The notes under the pieces: model-generated | The model's database searches: none | Told to the model about the DNA's origin: nothing | What the model saw: the letters and a program-made list of their open reading frames with translations, nothing else | In this document: one piece after another, positions 14,121 to 30,569 of the stretch | Position numbering within the stretch: the first letter of the stretch is position 1 | Layout of the letters: each line of letters starts with the position of its first letter | Source: the human T2T-CHM13v2.0 reference genome, Homo sapiens | DNA: 64,000 bases | Strand: one strand, 5' to 3' | NCBI RefSeq assembly: GCF_009914755.1 | Contig: NC_060934.1 | Translations under genes and position numbers: made by a program

Positions 14121-14809
14121 GGCCAGGCACAGTGACTAATGCCTGTAATCCGAGCACTTTGGCAGGCAAAGGCGGGAGGATCACTTGAGCTCAGGAGTTC
14201 GAGACCTGCCTGGGCCACATGGTGAAACCCCATGATATGGTTTGGCTGTGTCCCCACCCAAATATCATCTTGAATTCCCATGTGTTAGTGGGAGGAGCCA
14301 GGTGGGAGGTGACTGAATTATGGGGGTGGGTCTCTTCCTCCACTGTTCTCATGATAGTGCATGAGTCTCATGAGATCTCATGGTTTTAAAAGGGGGAGTT
14401 TCCCTGCACAAGCTCTCTTTTTACCTGCTGCCATCTATGTAAGATGTGACTTGCTCCTCCTTGCCTTCTGCCATGATTGTGAGGCTTCCCCAGCCATGTG
14501 GAAGTGCGAGTTCTTCATTAAAACTCTTTCCTTTTTAAATTGCCCAGTCTTGGGTATGCCTTCACCATCAGCATGAAAACGGACAAATACACCCCATCTC
14601 CACCAAAAATACCAAAAAAAACAAAAAAATTAGCTGGGCATGGTTGCAAGTGCCTGTCATCCTAACTACTCAGGAGGCTGAGGTAGGAGAAGCCCGGGAG
14701 GCAGAAGCTGCAGTGAGCCAAGATCACGCCACTGGACTCCAGCCTGGGCAACAGCTGAGACCCTGTCTCAACAACAACAACAACAACAAAACAAACAAGC
14801 AAAAACAAA
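14121..14809 (+). mobile_element. AluJ-like element split by a THE1A LTR
   Basis: Left part 14121-14232, right part 14592-14809; (CAA)n tail; TSD AATAGTGCCTAG at 14107-14118 and 14810-14821. Confidence 0.93.
14233..14591 (+). mobile_element. THE1A solo LTR
   Basis: TGATATGGTTTGGCTGTGTCCCCACCCAAA...AAACGGACAAATACA; TTTCCCTGCACAAGCTCTCT diagnostic; 5-bp TSD CCCCA. Confidence 0.95.
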
Positions 14810-16175
14810 AATAGTGCCTAGGAAATAATAAAAACTATATAAGGGTTAGCTCCTTAATATTATTATTGAAGACAGTCATGCCTAGCATAAGGAATTCCAC
14901 TTCTTGGTACAAAAATCTAAAGAAACTCTTATACCTGTACAGCTACCATCATAGGAAAGTCTCAAAAACAGCATAAACTGGAAAAAAATTCAGAAACATA
15001 TGCACAATATGATTCCATATGTAAAGTTAAAAATGTAATATAGCAACTTAGATATCTTTGAATTCATATATATATGATAAAGAAATATATAATATAGATA
15101 TAAAAATCAGACTAGTTTACATTTAGGTTTAAAAGAGAAATGGATAGAAGGATACACAACAAATTTCAATCATCAGTGTACAATTTTGTATATTACAAAA
15201 TTATTGATGGCATATGTGGCAAAATGTGATAATTTATTAAAACTGAGTGGTAGAAAGGAGTATGTATTATAAAATCTTATTCTCTATCTTTATGCTTTAA
15301 ATATTTCATAATTAAAAAAATTTCCTGTCTAGTAGGAACACTTGAGTATTAAAATTGAAAGGGTCAGGAATTACAGACAAAATTAATGACAGGAGACCAA
15401 CATCCAGACATATCTTGATGAAACTTTTGAATCTCAAGGATAAAAAATATTAGAACCATCCAGGCAGCAAAAAGAAGTCACCTATCAAAGCAAAAACTCT
15501 TAGGGGACCTCAAACTTCTCTGCACACTAAATGGCAGAAGTCATAAGGCAAAGTCTACAGAGTTTTTAGGGCAGAATAAGTACAAAAATTTCATTCCCAA
15601 ACTAGCTAGTGATTGTGTGTGAAGGAAACCAGAATATTCTTAATCATTCAAGGACCTGGAAATTATAGCAACCAGAAATTCTTCCTGAAATATCTAGTCA
15701 GATATAGTTCAGCTATCTGAGAGATCAATCCAAATAAAAAACCTGTTAAGTCATGGTAGAAAAAAATTAAACATGAACAGTTTAACTGTCTATATAATGT
15801 AGAGTTAAAACTAAATAGTTGTGATAAAGCTTAATACAATGTAATAAAATTGGACAAGTGGATTCATATTCCAAAAATTTAATAATATTATATATGTAAT
15901 TCACAAAATCATCAAAAAGTATAAACAAAATTTCTAAAATGTTGGAGTTTCTCATACAGCAGGGAGAAAAGAGACACATCTATTTGGGGACAGTTGCAGT
16001 GTCTTTTTATTTTTAATTCTCAGTAAATAATTTAATATATAATCAGAACTTCCAATTTTATCTCCAATATGTAAAGAGCTTAGACATCATTACTCCTGTA
16101 TTAGTCAAGATTCTCCAGAGAAATATAACCAATAATATGTGTGTGTATGTGTATGTATCAAACATATATACATAT

Positions 16176-16730
<555 letters not shown>

Positions 16731-17501
16731 TTAGACAGACAGGAAGGATTTTCTTACTTGGGGGAGGTCTAGTTTTTTTTCTATTCAGGCATTCCACTAA
16801 TTGGAGAAGATTCTCCTACATGAGTGAGGGGAATCTGATTTATTCATTCTGCTAGTTTAAATGTTAATCTCATCCCAAAACAACCTGACAGAAACTCCCA
16901 GACTAATGTTTGACCAAATATCTGGGCACTGTGGGGCTCAGTCAAGTTCACATATTCAATTAACCATTGCAACTCCCTTTTTTGCAACAAGATAAAGTTG
17001 AACGAACTGAAAATTATGACATTTCTTGGACCCATCCGAGAACTGAATTTGCAGGACAAACCGACACTTTGAAATTTGGAAAGACAGGTGAATGTAGACA
17101 GCCTGGATCTGTTTAACTGAGGCAGAAGCCACTGGAGTTATAAACTGGTATGAATGCTTACATGATAATTTTCATGAATTGCTGGAGGCTGAGTGTGGAC
17201 TCACATGACAATGAGAAAGTCCTGGAAGCTATGGTCTTAGAAGACTCCTACATTTTTCTGGGCTTTACTTTTAGAAACCCTACCAGATGAAGTCCAAGAA
17301 AGAGCTGTTTATGGCTCTAGCAGGGAGAAGAGAAGAGTAAGCCTTGAAATGCACCCAGAGCTTTCTCCATAACAAAAGCCTACTCTCCAGGTTAAAAGAA
17401 TTCATCAGAGCCTATTCAAGAGCCATGGGGGAGGACATTCCTCTCATTCCAGTCTCCTCTAGCTCTTCTGTCACATCTATGGGAAGGCAGGAGTAATCTA
17501 T

Positions 17502-18255
17502 ATGTTACAGGATCATTTGTGTCTCCCTATAATTCACAATGTTCCCCCCAAATTTATATGTTGAACTCCTAACCCCTAGTACCTTAGAATGTGGCTGTAT
17601 TTAGAGATAGAGTCTTTGAAGAGGTAATTAATTTAAAATGAGGTCATTAGGGTGGGCCCTAACCAACATTACTGATGTCCTTAAAGGAAAAGATTAGGGC
17701 ACTGACACACACAAAAGAAAGATACAGGAAGAAGATGGCCATCTATAAGTCAAGGAAACAGGCTCCACAAGAAACCAACCATGCCCACACCTTGATCTTA
17801 GACTTCCAGGCTCCAGAATTTCAAAAAATAAATCTCTGCTGTTTAAGCCATCCAGTCTGTTTTACCTTGTTATGGCAACCCTGGTATCTTAGTTTGTTTA
17901 GTGTTGCTGTAATAGCATGCTATATACAGGGCAATTTATAATGAACAGGAATGTAATTGGCTCACAATTCTGGAGGCTAGGAAGTCCAATATCAAGGTGC
18001 CAGCATCTTGTGAGGGTCTTCATGCTGTGTCATCCCACGGCAAAGGCAGAAGAGCAAGAGCGGTAATAAGAGATCAAACTCACAGCTTCAAGTGCTTTTA
18101 TCATTGGCATGAATTTACTTATGAAAGTGGGGCCCTTATGCCCTAAACATCTCCCTTTAGGCCTCACCCCCACAATGCTGTTGCTTTGGGGATTAAGTTT
18201 CCAACACTTGCTTTTGGCGGGACACACTTAAACAATATTACATACAAGCTAATAC
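17502..18255 (+). mobile_element. MLT1A/B-like MaLR LTR whose 3' tip is split by another MaLR LTR
   Basis: ATATGTTGAACTCCTAACCCCTAGTACCTTAGAATGTGGCTGTATTT...AATAAATCTCTGCTGTTTAAGCCA...TTGTTATGGCAACCCT, with terminal CAAGCTAATAC after 18242. Confidence 0.8.
17884..18242 (-). mobile_element. MST-type (MSTC/D-like) MaLR LTR
   Basis: GTATCTTAGTTTGTTTAGTGTTGCTGTAA...GGCTCACAATTCTGGAGGCTAGGAAGTCCAA...GGGGATTAAGTTTCCAACAC. Confidence 0.8.
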
Positions 18256-18710
18256 CCTATACCAAAAACAACAGCAGCAGCAACAACAACAACAACAAAC
18301 AACCTTGTGGAAGTCACAAGCCAGAGACATTGGCCTACTATAAGGCTGATATTTAATTGGAATATTATAGAATAATCCTTCTCTTCCATATTTATTCCCA
18401 CACCAATAGGACTCCCATATACTAACAGTAGATTACAGCTAAAAGTGCTCCAAGACAGATTCTTTCTGAGTAGGAGTACTTAGAGATACACAAAATCAAG
18501 AAGGAAGAGGAATTTGCAATATCTAGTATATAAAGCTACAGAAAACATGAAGCCCAATCCAAACCAGATGAATAAAAATCTCACACTTAAGACTTATTGA
18601 CCTCAATTCCTATCACACAAAACATCAGAATCAGACTCAGATTTGACACAAAATAGGAGTTATTACACAGGCAATTTAAAATAACTATGATGAATATGCT
18701 AACGGCTCTA

Positions 18711-19011
<301 letters not shown>

Positions 19012-20462
19012 CTGTAATATAAGCAGAACAATGGAAGTTTTAAGAAAAGCATGAAAGGAAATGCTAGAAATAAAAATACTGCACTGAAATAAAGAATACC
19101 TTTGATAGTCTCTCTAACACTTAGAAGTCTAAAGAATTAGTGAGCGGTCAATAGAAACTTTTAAAACTAAAATGCAAAAGGAAAGAAAGGATAAAGAAAT
19201 AGATGACAATATCCAAGAACTATGGGACAATTTGAAAGATCTAGTATATGCATAATTGGAATACTAGAAGAAGTATCAAATGAAGCAAAATGAATTTTGA
19301 AGTAATAGCTGAGAACTTTTCAGAATTTTGGACTACACAAATTCAAAAATTTTTTAAATTTAAATTTAAAAATTTTAAAAAAGAAACCCACTGGGCATAT
19401 TATATTCAAATTGCAGGAGACTAAAAACCAAAATAAATTCTTGAGACAGGAAAAATACACCTTACCTCTAGAAGAACAAGGTAAGATTTACAGCAGATTA
19501 AAAAAAAAATCAGAAATCATGCAAGCAAGGAGAAAGTAGAGTGAAGTAGTGACTGTTGAAAACAAAAGTACCAACCAGAATTCCAGCAAAATTATCCTTC
19601 AAAGGGAGGCATAAATAAGACTCTCAGACAATCAAAAACTGATGGAACTCACCACTAATAAATTCCCTCCGTTTCTGATTGCCTGAGATGAAATGGGGAA
19701 AAGTTTTCTTTGTAAAGAAGGAAAATGACACATGTCAAAAATTTGGATATACGTGACAAAAGGCATAGCATAATAGAAAAAATAAAGGCAAAATATTTTA
19801 TTTTTCTTATTAATTGATGTAAGAGCTAACTCTGTTTAAAATAACAATAGTAACAACGTATTGGGATAGTACAGCATATTGACAGGTGAAATGAATGACA
19901 GCAATGTCACAAGAAACAGGAGGAAGGGATTAGGGATGCTCTACTATAAGGAACCTGACCTATACTTGAAGCAGAATAGTGTCCCTTGAAGGTGGACTTA
20001 GATTAGTAAAAGTGAATATTGTAAATTCTAGGGAAAGCATTAAAAACATTTTAAAGAAGGATAAGTGATATGCTAAGAAAGAGACAAAACAAGACAACGT
20101 ACAATGCTCATTTAAAACCAGAAAAGGCAGAAGCCCTGCCAATCAATACAAAACAGTTGCAAACATGATTGCTATTAATTCAATTACATCAATAACTACT
20201 TTAAATATAAGTGCTATAAATACATTAAAAGAGAATATCAAAGTAATTACAGACAATAAGAACAATTCATAATTCTACGTTGTCTATAACAAATCCACTT
20301 TAAATATAAAGGCATGTTAAAAGTAAAGGGACAGGGAAGGATATACCATACTGACAGTAATGAGAAGAAAACTGGAGTAGCTATATTACTTTCAGACAAA
20401 ATAAACTTAACAATAAATGACCGCCAAACTGATAAAACTGAACGGAGAAATAGGCATATTTC

Positions 20463-20734
<272 letters not shown>

Positions 20735-21699
20735 AAAATAGGCACATTTCAACATCCCCTGTCAATAACTGGTAGATTACTTCCAGTACTGTGTTGAATA
20801 TGACTCCTTGCGTGTTTTAGTAGCTTGTGTCTGTCAAGGAGTTGGTCTGTATCACCTATCAACACCCACTGTCAGTGACCGATAGATCATATAGGCAGAA
20901 AACCAGTGAAGATAGAGTTGAACTGAACAACACTATTAATCAACTTGAACTTATTGACAATTATAGTATACTCAATTTTAAAAAGAGCAGAATACACATT
21001 TTCTTCAAGTTATCATGGAACATTGACCAAGATAGATGACATTCTGGACCATAGAATATATCTTTTAAAACTTATAAATCATACAGTGTTCTCAGATAAC
21101 AGTGAAATTAAGCTAGAAATCAACAGAAAGATGGCTTGATAATCCTCAAACATCTGAAAATTAAAGAACACACTCCCAAATAACACATAAAGAAGCCTCA
21201 AAAGTAATTTTTAAATATTTTAACTAAATGTAAATAAAGTATAACTTAACTTTGTGGGATGCAGCAAAGATAATGCTTAAAAGAAAACACACAGCATTAA
21301 TTGCATATAGAATGGAAAAAATGCTCTAAAAGCAATAATATAAGCTTATATCTTAGGAAACTAGAAGAAGAAGAGCAACTTAAGCCTAACCAAACATAAG
21401 AAAAGAAATAATAAAAATTAGAGCAGAAATCAGTAAAAATAAATATAGGAAAACAACACGTAAATTTAATCAAACTAAAAACTGGTTCACTGAAACAATA
21501 AAATTGATAAACTTCTACCAAAGCTAACAGAAAAAAAAGACACAATTTAGAAATGAAAGAGAGGTCATTAATACTGATCCCATAAACATTAAAAGGAAAA
21601 TAAAGAAAACTATGACAAACTCTATTCCCATAAATTTAACAATTTAGATGAAATAGACCATTTCCTTGAGAAACACAAACTACCAAAACACACAAACAG

Positions 21700-23730
21700 T
21701 CCTATTCAACACAGTACTGGAAGTGCCAGCCAAAACACTCAGGCAAGAGAAAGAAATAAAAGGCATCCAAATAGGAAAATAAGAAGTAAAACTCTCTCTT
21801 CTCATTGACAATATGATTCTATACTTTAAAAACCCTAAGAACTCCGCAAAAACGCTATTAGAACTGATAAACTATCTTAGCAAGGTTTCAAGATACAAAA
21901 TCAATGTACAAAAGTCAGTAGCATTTCCATACATGAAAAGTGTCCAAGCTAAAAGACAAATCAAGAATTCAATCCCATTTACAATAATCACACAAAAAAT
22001 AAAATACCTAGGAAAACATCTCACCAAGGAGGCAAAATATCTCTACAAGGACTACAAAACACTGTTTAAAGAAACCATAGATGACACAAACAAATGGAAA
22101 AATATTTTAAAATGGCTATACTGCCCAAAGCAATCTATAGATTAAATGCTATTCCTATCAAACTATCAATGTCATTTTACATAGAATTGTAATTAAAAAA
22201 AGAAAAACTATGGTAAAATTCACATGAAACCAAAAAAGACTTTGAATAACCAAAGCAATCCTAAGCAAAAAAAACAAAAAAAAAACAAAAAAAAAACAAA
22301 GCCGGAGGCACCACAGTACCCAATTTCAAGCTATACTACAGGGCTACAGTAACCAAAATAGCTTGATGCTGGTACAAAAACAGACATATAGACAAACACG
22401 TTAGAGAACACAGAAATAAAGCCACACACCTACAGCTATCTAGTCTTTGACAAAGTTGACAAAAATAAAAAATGGGGAAAGAACTCCCCATTTAATAAAT
22501 GGTGTTGGGATAGTTGGTTAGCCACATGCAAAAGACTGAAACTGGACTTCTACCTTTTACCATATATAAAAATTAACTCAAGATGGATTAAAGATTTAAA
22601 AGTAAGACCTAAAACTGTAAGAATCTTGGAAGTAAACCTAGGAAAACACCATCCTGGACAAAGGCTCTGGCAAAGATTTTATGACTAAGACTCCAAAAGC
22701 AATTGCAAGAAAAACAAAAATTGTAAGCCGAACCTAACTAAACCAAAGAGCTTCTACACATTAAAAGAAACTAACAACAGAGTAAACAGACAACCTAAGA
22801 ACGGGAGAAAATATTTGCAAACTGTCCCTCCAACAAAGGTCTAATATCCAGAATCTATAGGAACTTAAACAAATCAGCAAGAAAAAAACAAATAACCCCA
22901 TTAAAAAATGGGCAAAGGACATGAACAGATAGCTCTCAAAAGAAGACATACAAGCGGCCAACAAACATTATGAAAAAAAGCTCAACATTGCTCATCATCA
23001 GAGAAACGCAAATCAAAACCACAATGAGACAGCATCCATATCAGTCAGAACAGCTATTATTAAAAAGTCAAAAACCAATGGATGCCAGTAAGGCTGAACA
23101 GAAAATGGAACCCTTATACACTGTTGGTAGGAATGTAAATTAGCCGGTGGGGAAAGGAGTTTAGAGATTTATCAACGAACTTACAACATAAACTACCATT
23201 TGATCCAGCAATCCCACTACTTAGTATATATCTAAAACAAAACAAATCATTCTACCATTAAGACACATGCATTTGTGTGTTCACTGCAGCACTGTCATGA
23301 TAGCAAAGATACGGAATCAACTGGATGCCCATCAATGGTGGAAAGAATTAAGAAAAGATTGTACATGTACACTATAGAATACTACAGAGTCATAAAAAAT
23401 TATATCCTTTGCAGCAACATGGATGCAGCTGAAGGCCATTATCCTAAGCAACTTACCACAGGAACAGAAAACCAAATATTGCATGTTCTCACTTATGCAT
23501 GGGAGCTAAACAGTGAGTATTCATGAACATGAAGATAGGAATAACAGACACTGGAGACTACTAGAAGGGGAGGGAGGATGGGATCAAGGGTTGAAAAGCT
23601 ACCTATTGGGTACCATGCTCAGTACCTAGGTGATGGGATCATTCGTACCTCAAACCTGAGCATTACACAGTATACCGAGGTAACAAAACTGCATGTGTAC
23701 CCCCTGAATACAAAATCAAAGTTGAAAAAA
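21700..23730 (+). mobile_element. 5'-truncated primate L1 (L1PA16/17/L1PREC2-like), ORF2 3' part plus 3' UTR
   Basis: ORF2 RT C-terminal peptide (ORF 21813-22145: LELINYLSKVSRYKINVQKSVAF...KIKYLG); 3' UTR GGGATCATTCGTACCTCAAACC; TSD-like AAAACACACA..AG on both sides. Confidence 0.92.
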
Positions 23731-23931
23731 ACACACACACACGGAGAAAAACATGAATCCCTTATATCTAGTAAAAAAGCTAATAATTAATACCTTAAAA
23801 AATAGTACCATACCCATATGGGTTCACTGGTAAATTCTACCCCACATTTATGAAAGAAATTATACCAAACTAATTCTTCACAATCCCTTCCAGAAACTAG
23901 AAGCAGGAGGAACACTTCCTAATTTACTCTA

Positions 23932-24283
<352 letters not shown>

Positions 24284-25269
24284 GTGGGGGAAAGAGAGAT
24301 CAGACTGCTACTGTGTCTATGTAGAAAAAGGAAGACATAAGAAACTCCATTTTGATCTGTACTAAGAAAAATTCTTCTGCCTTGAGATGCTGTTAATCTG
24401 TAACCCTAGCCCCAACCCTGTACTTGCAGAAACATGTGCTATATTGACTCCAGGATTAATGGATTTAGGGCTGGGCAGGATGTGCTTTGTTAAAAATGTG
24501 TTTGCAGGCAGTATGCTTGGTAAAAGTCATTGCCATTCTGCATTCTCGAGTACCCAGGGACACAATGCACTGCGGAAGGCCGCAGGGACCTCTGCCCAAG
24601 AAAGCCTGGGTATTGTCCAAGGTTTCTCCCCACCGAGAGAGCCTGAGATATGGCCTCATGGGAAGGGAAAGCCCTGACCTTCCCCCAGCCCGACACCCAT
24701 AAAGGGTCTGTGCTGAGGAAGATTAGTGAAAGAGGAAGGCCTCTTTGCAGTTGAGATAAGAGGAAGGCATCTGTCTCTTGCTCATCCCTGGGAATGGAAT
24801 GTCTCGGTGTAAAACCCGATCATACATTCTATTAACTGAGATAGGAGAAAACTGCCTTATGGCTGGAGGTGAGACATGCTGGAGACAATACTGCTCTTTA
24901 CTGCATTGAGATGTTTGTGTAAAGTTAAACATAAATCTGGCCTATGTGCACATCCAGGCACAGCACCTTTCCTTAAACTTATTTTTGACACAGAGTCCTT
25001 TGTTCACATGTTTTCCTGCTGACCCTCTCGCCACCATTAACCTATAGTCCTGCCACATCTCCCTTGCCAAGATAGTAGAGATAGTGATCAATAAATACTG
25101 AGGGAACTCAGAGACTAGTGCTGGTACAGGTCCTTACTTGCTGAGCACCAGTCCCCTGGGCCCACTTTTCTTCCTCTATGCTTTGTCTCTGTGTCTTATT
25201 TCTTTTCGCAGTCTCTCATCTTCACCTTGTGAGAAATACCCACAGGTATGGAGGGGCAGGCCCCCTTCA
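24284..25269 (+). mobile_element. HERV-K (HML-2) solo LTR, LTR5A/LTR5B-type
   Basis: GTGGGGGAAAGAGAGATCAGACTG...CTGCGGAAGGCCGCAGGGACCTCTGCC...AATAAA(25090-25095)...GGAGGGGCAGGCCCCCTTCA; about 985 bp. Confidence 0.95.
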
Positions 25270-25766
25270 AAAAAAAAAATACAAGAAAGGAAAACTACAA
25301 ACCAGTATCTCTTATAGGTATAAACATAAAAATACTAAAAAAATTAACAAACAGAACCTATAATGTATAAAATAATTATACACCACGACCAATTGTGATT
25401 TATTTCGTGTAAGCAAGGTTGGTTCAACATTTGGAAATCAATCAGTGTAATTTACCACATCAATAGCCTAAAGAAGAAAAAGCAAATGATCACATCAATT
25501 AGCAAAGAAAAAGCATTATATAAAATCCAACACTCATTCATAATAAAATTCTCTAACTAAGAATAGAGAGAAATTTACTCCACTTGACAGGGAACACCTA
25601 TACAGAATCTATACACATCAAACCTACTGATGAGAAATTGGATGCTTTCTCGCTAAGATCAGAATAATACAAAGATGTCCCCCCTCACCACTTCTATTCT
25701 GTATTGTACTGGAAGTCCTACCTGTGCAATAAGACAAGAAATAAAAATTTTAGAATATGGAGAATC

Positions 25767-25920
25767 AGCCAGGCACCATGGTGCATGCCTGTAGCTCCAG
25801 CTACTACAGAGACTGAAATGGGAGGACTACTTGAGCCCAGGAGATTGAGACCAGCCTGGACAACACAGTATGGCATCATCTCTCAAACAAAAACAAACAA
25901 AAAACCCAAGAAAACAAAAA
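25767..25920 (+). mobile_element. Alu monomer (FLAM/FAM-like)
   Basis: Single arm GCCAGGCACCATGGTGCATGCCTGTAG...GAGACCAGCCTGGACAAC with (CAAAA)n tail. Confidence 0.8.
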
Positions 25921-26972
25921 ATATACAGACTCAGAAGGATAAAACTATCTTTGCTCACAGATGCCATAATTGGAAAAAGTGTAAAAAATCCAAAGAAAAT
26001 AGTCTAGACGTAATAAGTGATTATAACATGGTCTTAGGATACTAGATTAATACATAAAACTCAATGGTTTTCTTATATACCAGCAATTAACAGTTTGAAT
26101 TGAGAATAAAAACACGATCTCATTTACAATAGTACCAAAAAATGAAATATTTATGTATAAATCTAACAAAATATCTACAAGATCAATAAGCAGAAACTAT
26201 AAAACTCTGATGAATAAAACAAAGAAGATTTAAGTAAATGGATGTTCTTTGTTCATGGATTGAAGACTGAGTATTGTAAAGTTGTAATTTTTTTCCAACT
26301 TGATCTATAAATTCAGCTCAATCTCCATCACAGTCTGAGCAGGCTATTTTGCAGACATCAACAAATTGATTCTAAAATATATATGGAACATCAACTACTT
26401 AAAATAGCCAACACAATCTTAAGAAGAAGAACAAAGTTGGAAGACTCACAATACTTCAATTTCAAGACTGATTATAAACCTACAGTAATCAAAACAGTGT
26501 AGTATTAGTGAAAGAGGAGACACATAGATAAATGCAACAACATAGACAGTGCATACATAGACCCACAAATATAAATTTTTGAGAAAAGAGCTAAGACAAT
26601 TCAATGGAGATAGAATAGCAGCTTTATTCATAATGGCCAGAGGTGAAAACAATCAAATGTTCATGAACATTTGCGATGTCTTCATACAAAGGAATACAGC
26701 TTAATATTGAAAAGAAGTGAACTACTTGCATTTCCAGCAACATGGGTGAATCTAAAGATATCATGCTGAGCCAAAGAATCCAGACACAAAAGAGTATTAC
26801 ATCATACTATATGATTCCATTTATGTGACATTTTAAAACAGGCCAAAGGAATCTATAACAAAATGATTTAGAAAAGTTTTGTCTCTAGGTAAAGAGGGGT
26901 TGACTGGGAAGGACTGGAGAAAAATGTCTTAGGTGACAGAAATGTTCTATATCTTAATAGAAGTATGGGTTA

Positions 26973-29377
<2,405 letters not shown>

Positions 29378-29639
29378 GCCTGGGTTACATGAGAATATGC
29401 ATTTGTCAAAACTCATTGAATTGTATACTTAAGATCTGTACATTTCACCACATATAAATTTTACCTTTTGAAGGAACTATAGACAAAAGGCAATGTCAGC
29501 GTACCCATCTTGGGTTAGCCTATGAAATAACTACCCTCAAATCATATTTTGATTCTCTCTTCAATTCCATACTTGCCTCCAAATACAACTTAAGACAATT
29601 TACAATAAGTTGTAGATCAAAAGAATAATTTAAATTTCA

Positions 29640-29820
29640 ATAATTAGCGTTTTGAGTGTTTCCTATGAACCAGCACTATGGCCAAATGCATATGAAACAA
29701 AAATTAGTAACCCACTTTACACATAAAATGCATATGAAACAAAAATTAGTAACCCACTTTACACATAAGGAAGTTAGGGCTCAGAAAGGAAACTAATTTG
29801 TTTAAGATTACTGTTAGAAA
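29640..29820 (-). mobile_element. MIR fragment containing a 42-bp duplication
   Basis: CCCACTTTACACATAAGGAAGTTAGGGCTCAGAAAGG resembles antisense MIR core. Confidence 0.6.
29684..29767. repeat. Perfect 42-bp tandem duplication
   Basis: AAATGCATATGAAACAAAAATTAGTAACCCACTTTACACATA at 29684-29725 and 29726-29767. Confidence 0.97.
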
Positions 29821-30218
29821 GGAGACAGCTAAAATTCCCACTGACTTCCAATATCTCTGGAGCCACTCCTAGCTAGGTGGGGTGTAGCGGGAATAGAAGC
29901 CAAGGACAATAATGTATTTGAGTAGTGAATTCACCTCTGAGTTTTCAGGAATCCTGGGCAAAAGAGACACTAAAATGAGATGTGTAGCCCCTGATGCCTG
30001 ATACAAGGAATCTTACCAGCTCACCAGGTGAGGTGAGCATTTTTCCGACAATAAATTCAAAGAATGTAGAACTTAGCCCATGAGTCCCTGTAGAAGAGCT
30101 GTAGAAAAATAACATGCGCGATGTATTTAAAAAATTACAGTTTTGCAGAACGCGTAGGCACATTTTTGATCTCTTTCTCACCCTTTCACCCTGACAGTCC
30201 ATAAAAAACTTAAAATGT

Positions 30219-30569
<351 letters not shown>

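Larger units (their letters stand above)
14025..14860 (+). mobile_element. MIR fragment split by an Alu
   Basis: TAAATGAGTCTATATAGGTTAAGTATTTAGAATAGTGCCTAG resumes after the Alu as AATAGTGCCTAGGAAATAATAAAAACTATATAAGGGTTAGCT. Confidence 0.65.

Noticed and set aside
21813-22145. ORF with L1 reverse-transcriptase similarity (also 26933-27166 and 42956-43243)
   Set aside because: Fragments of truncated, frameshifted L1 ORF2; not functional CDS
29684-29767. Short direct repeats as a possible CRISPR-like array
   Set aside because: Only two adjacent copies, no spacers, eukaryotic context
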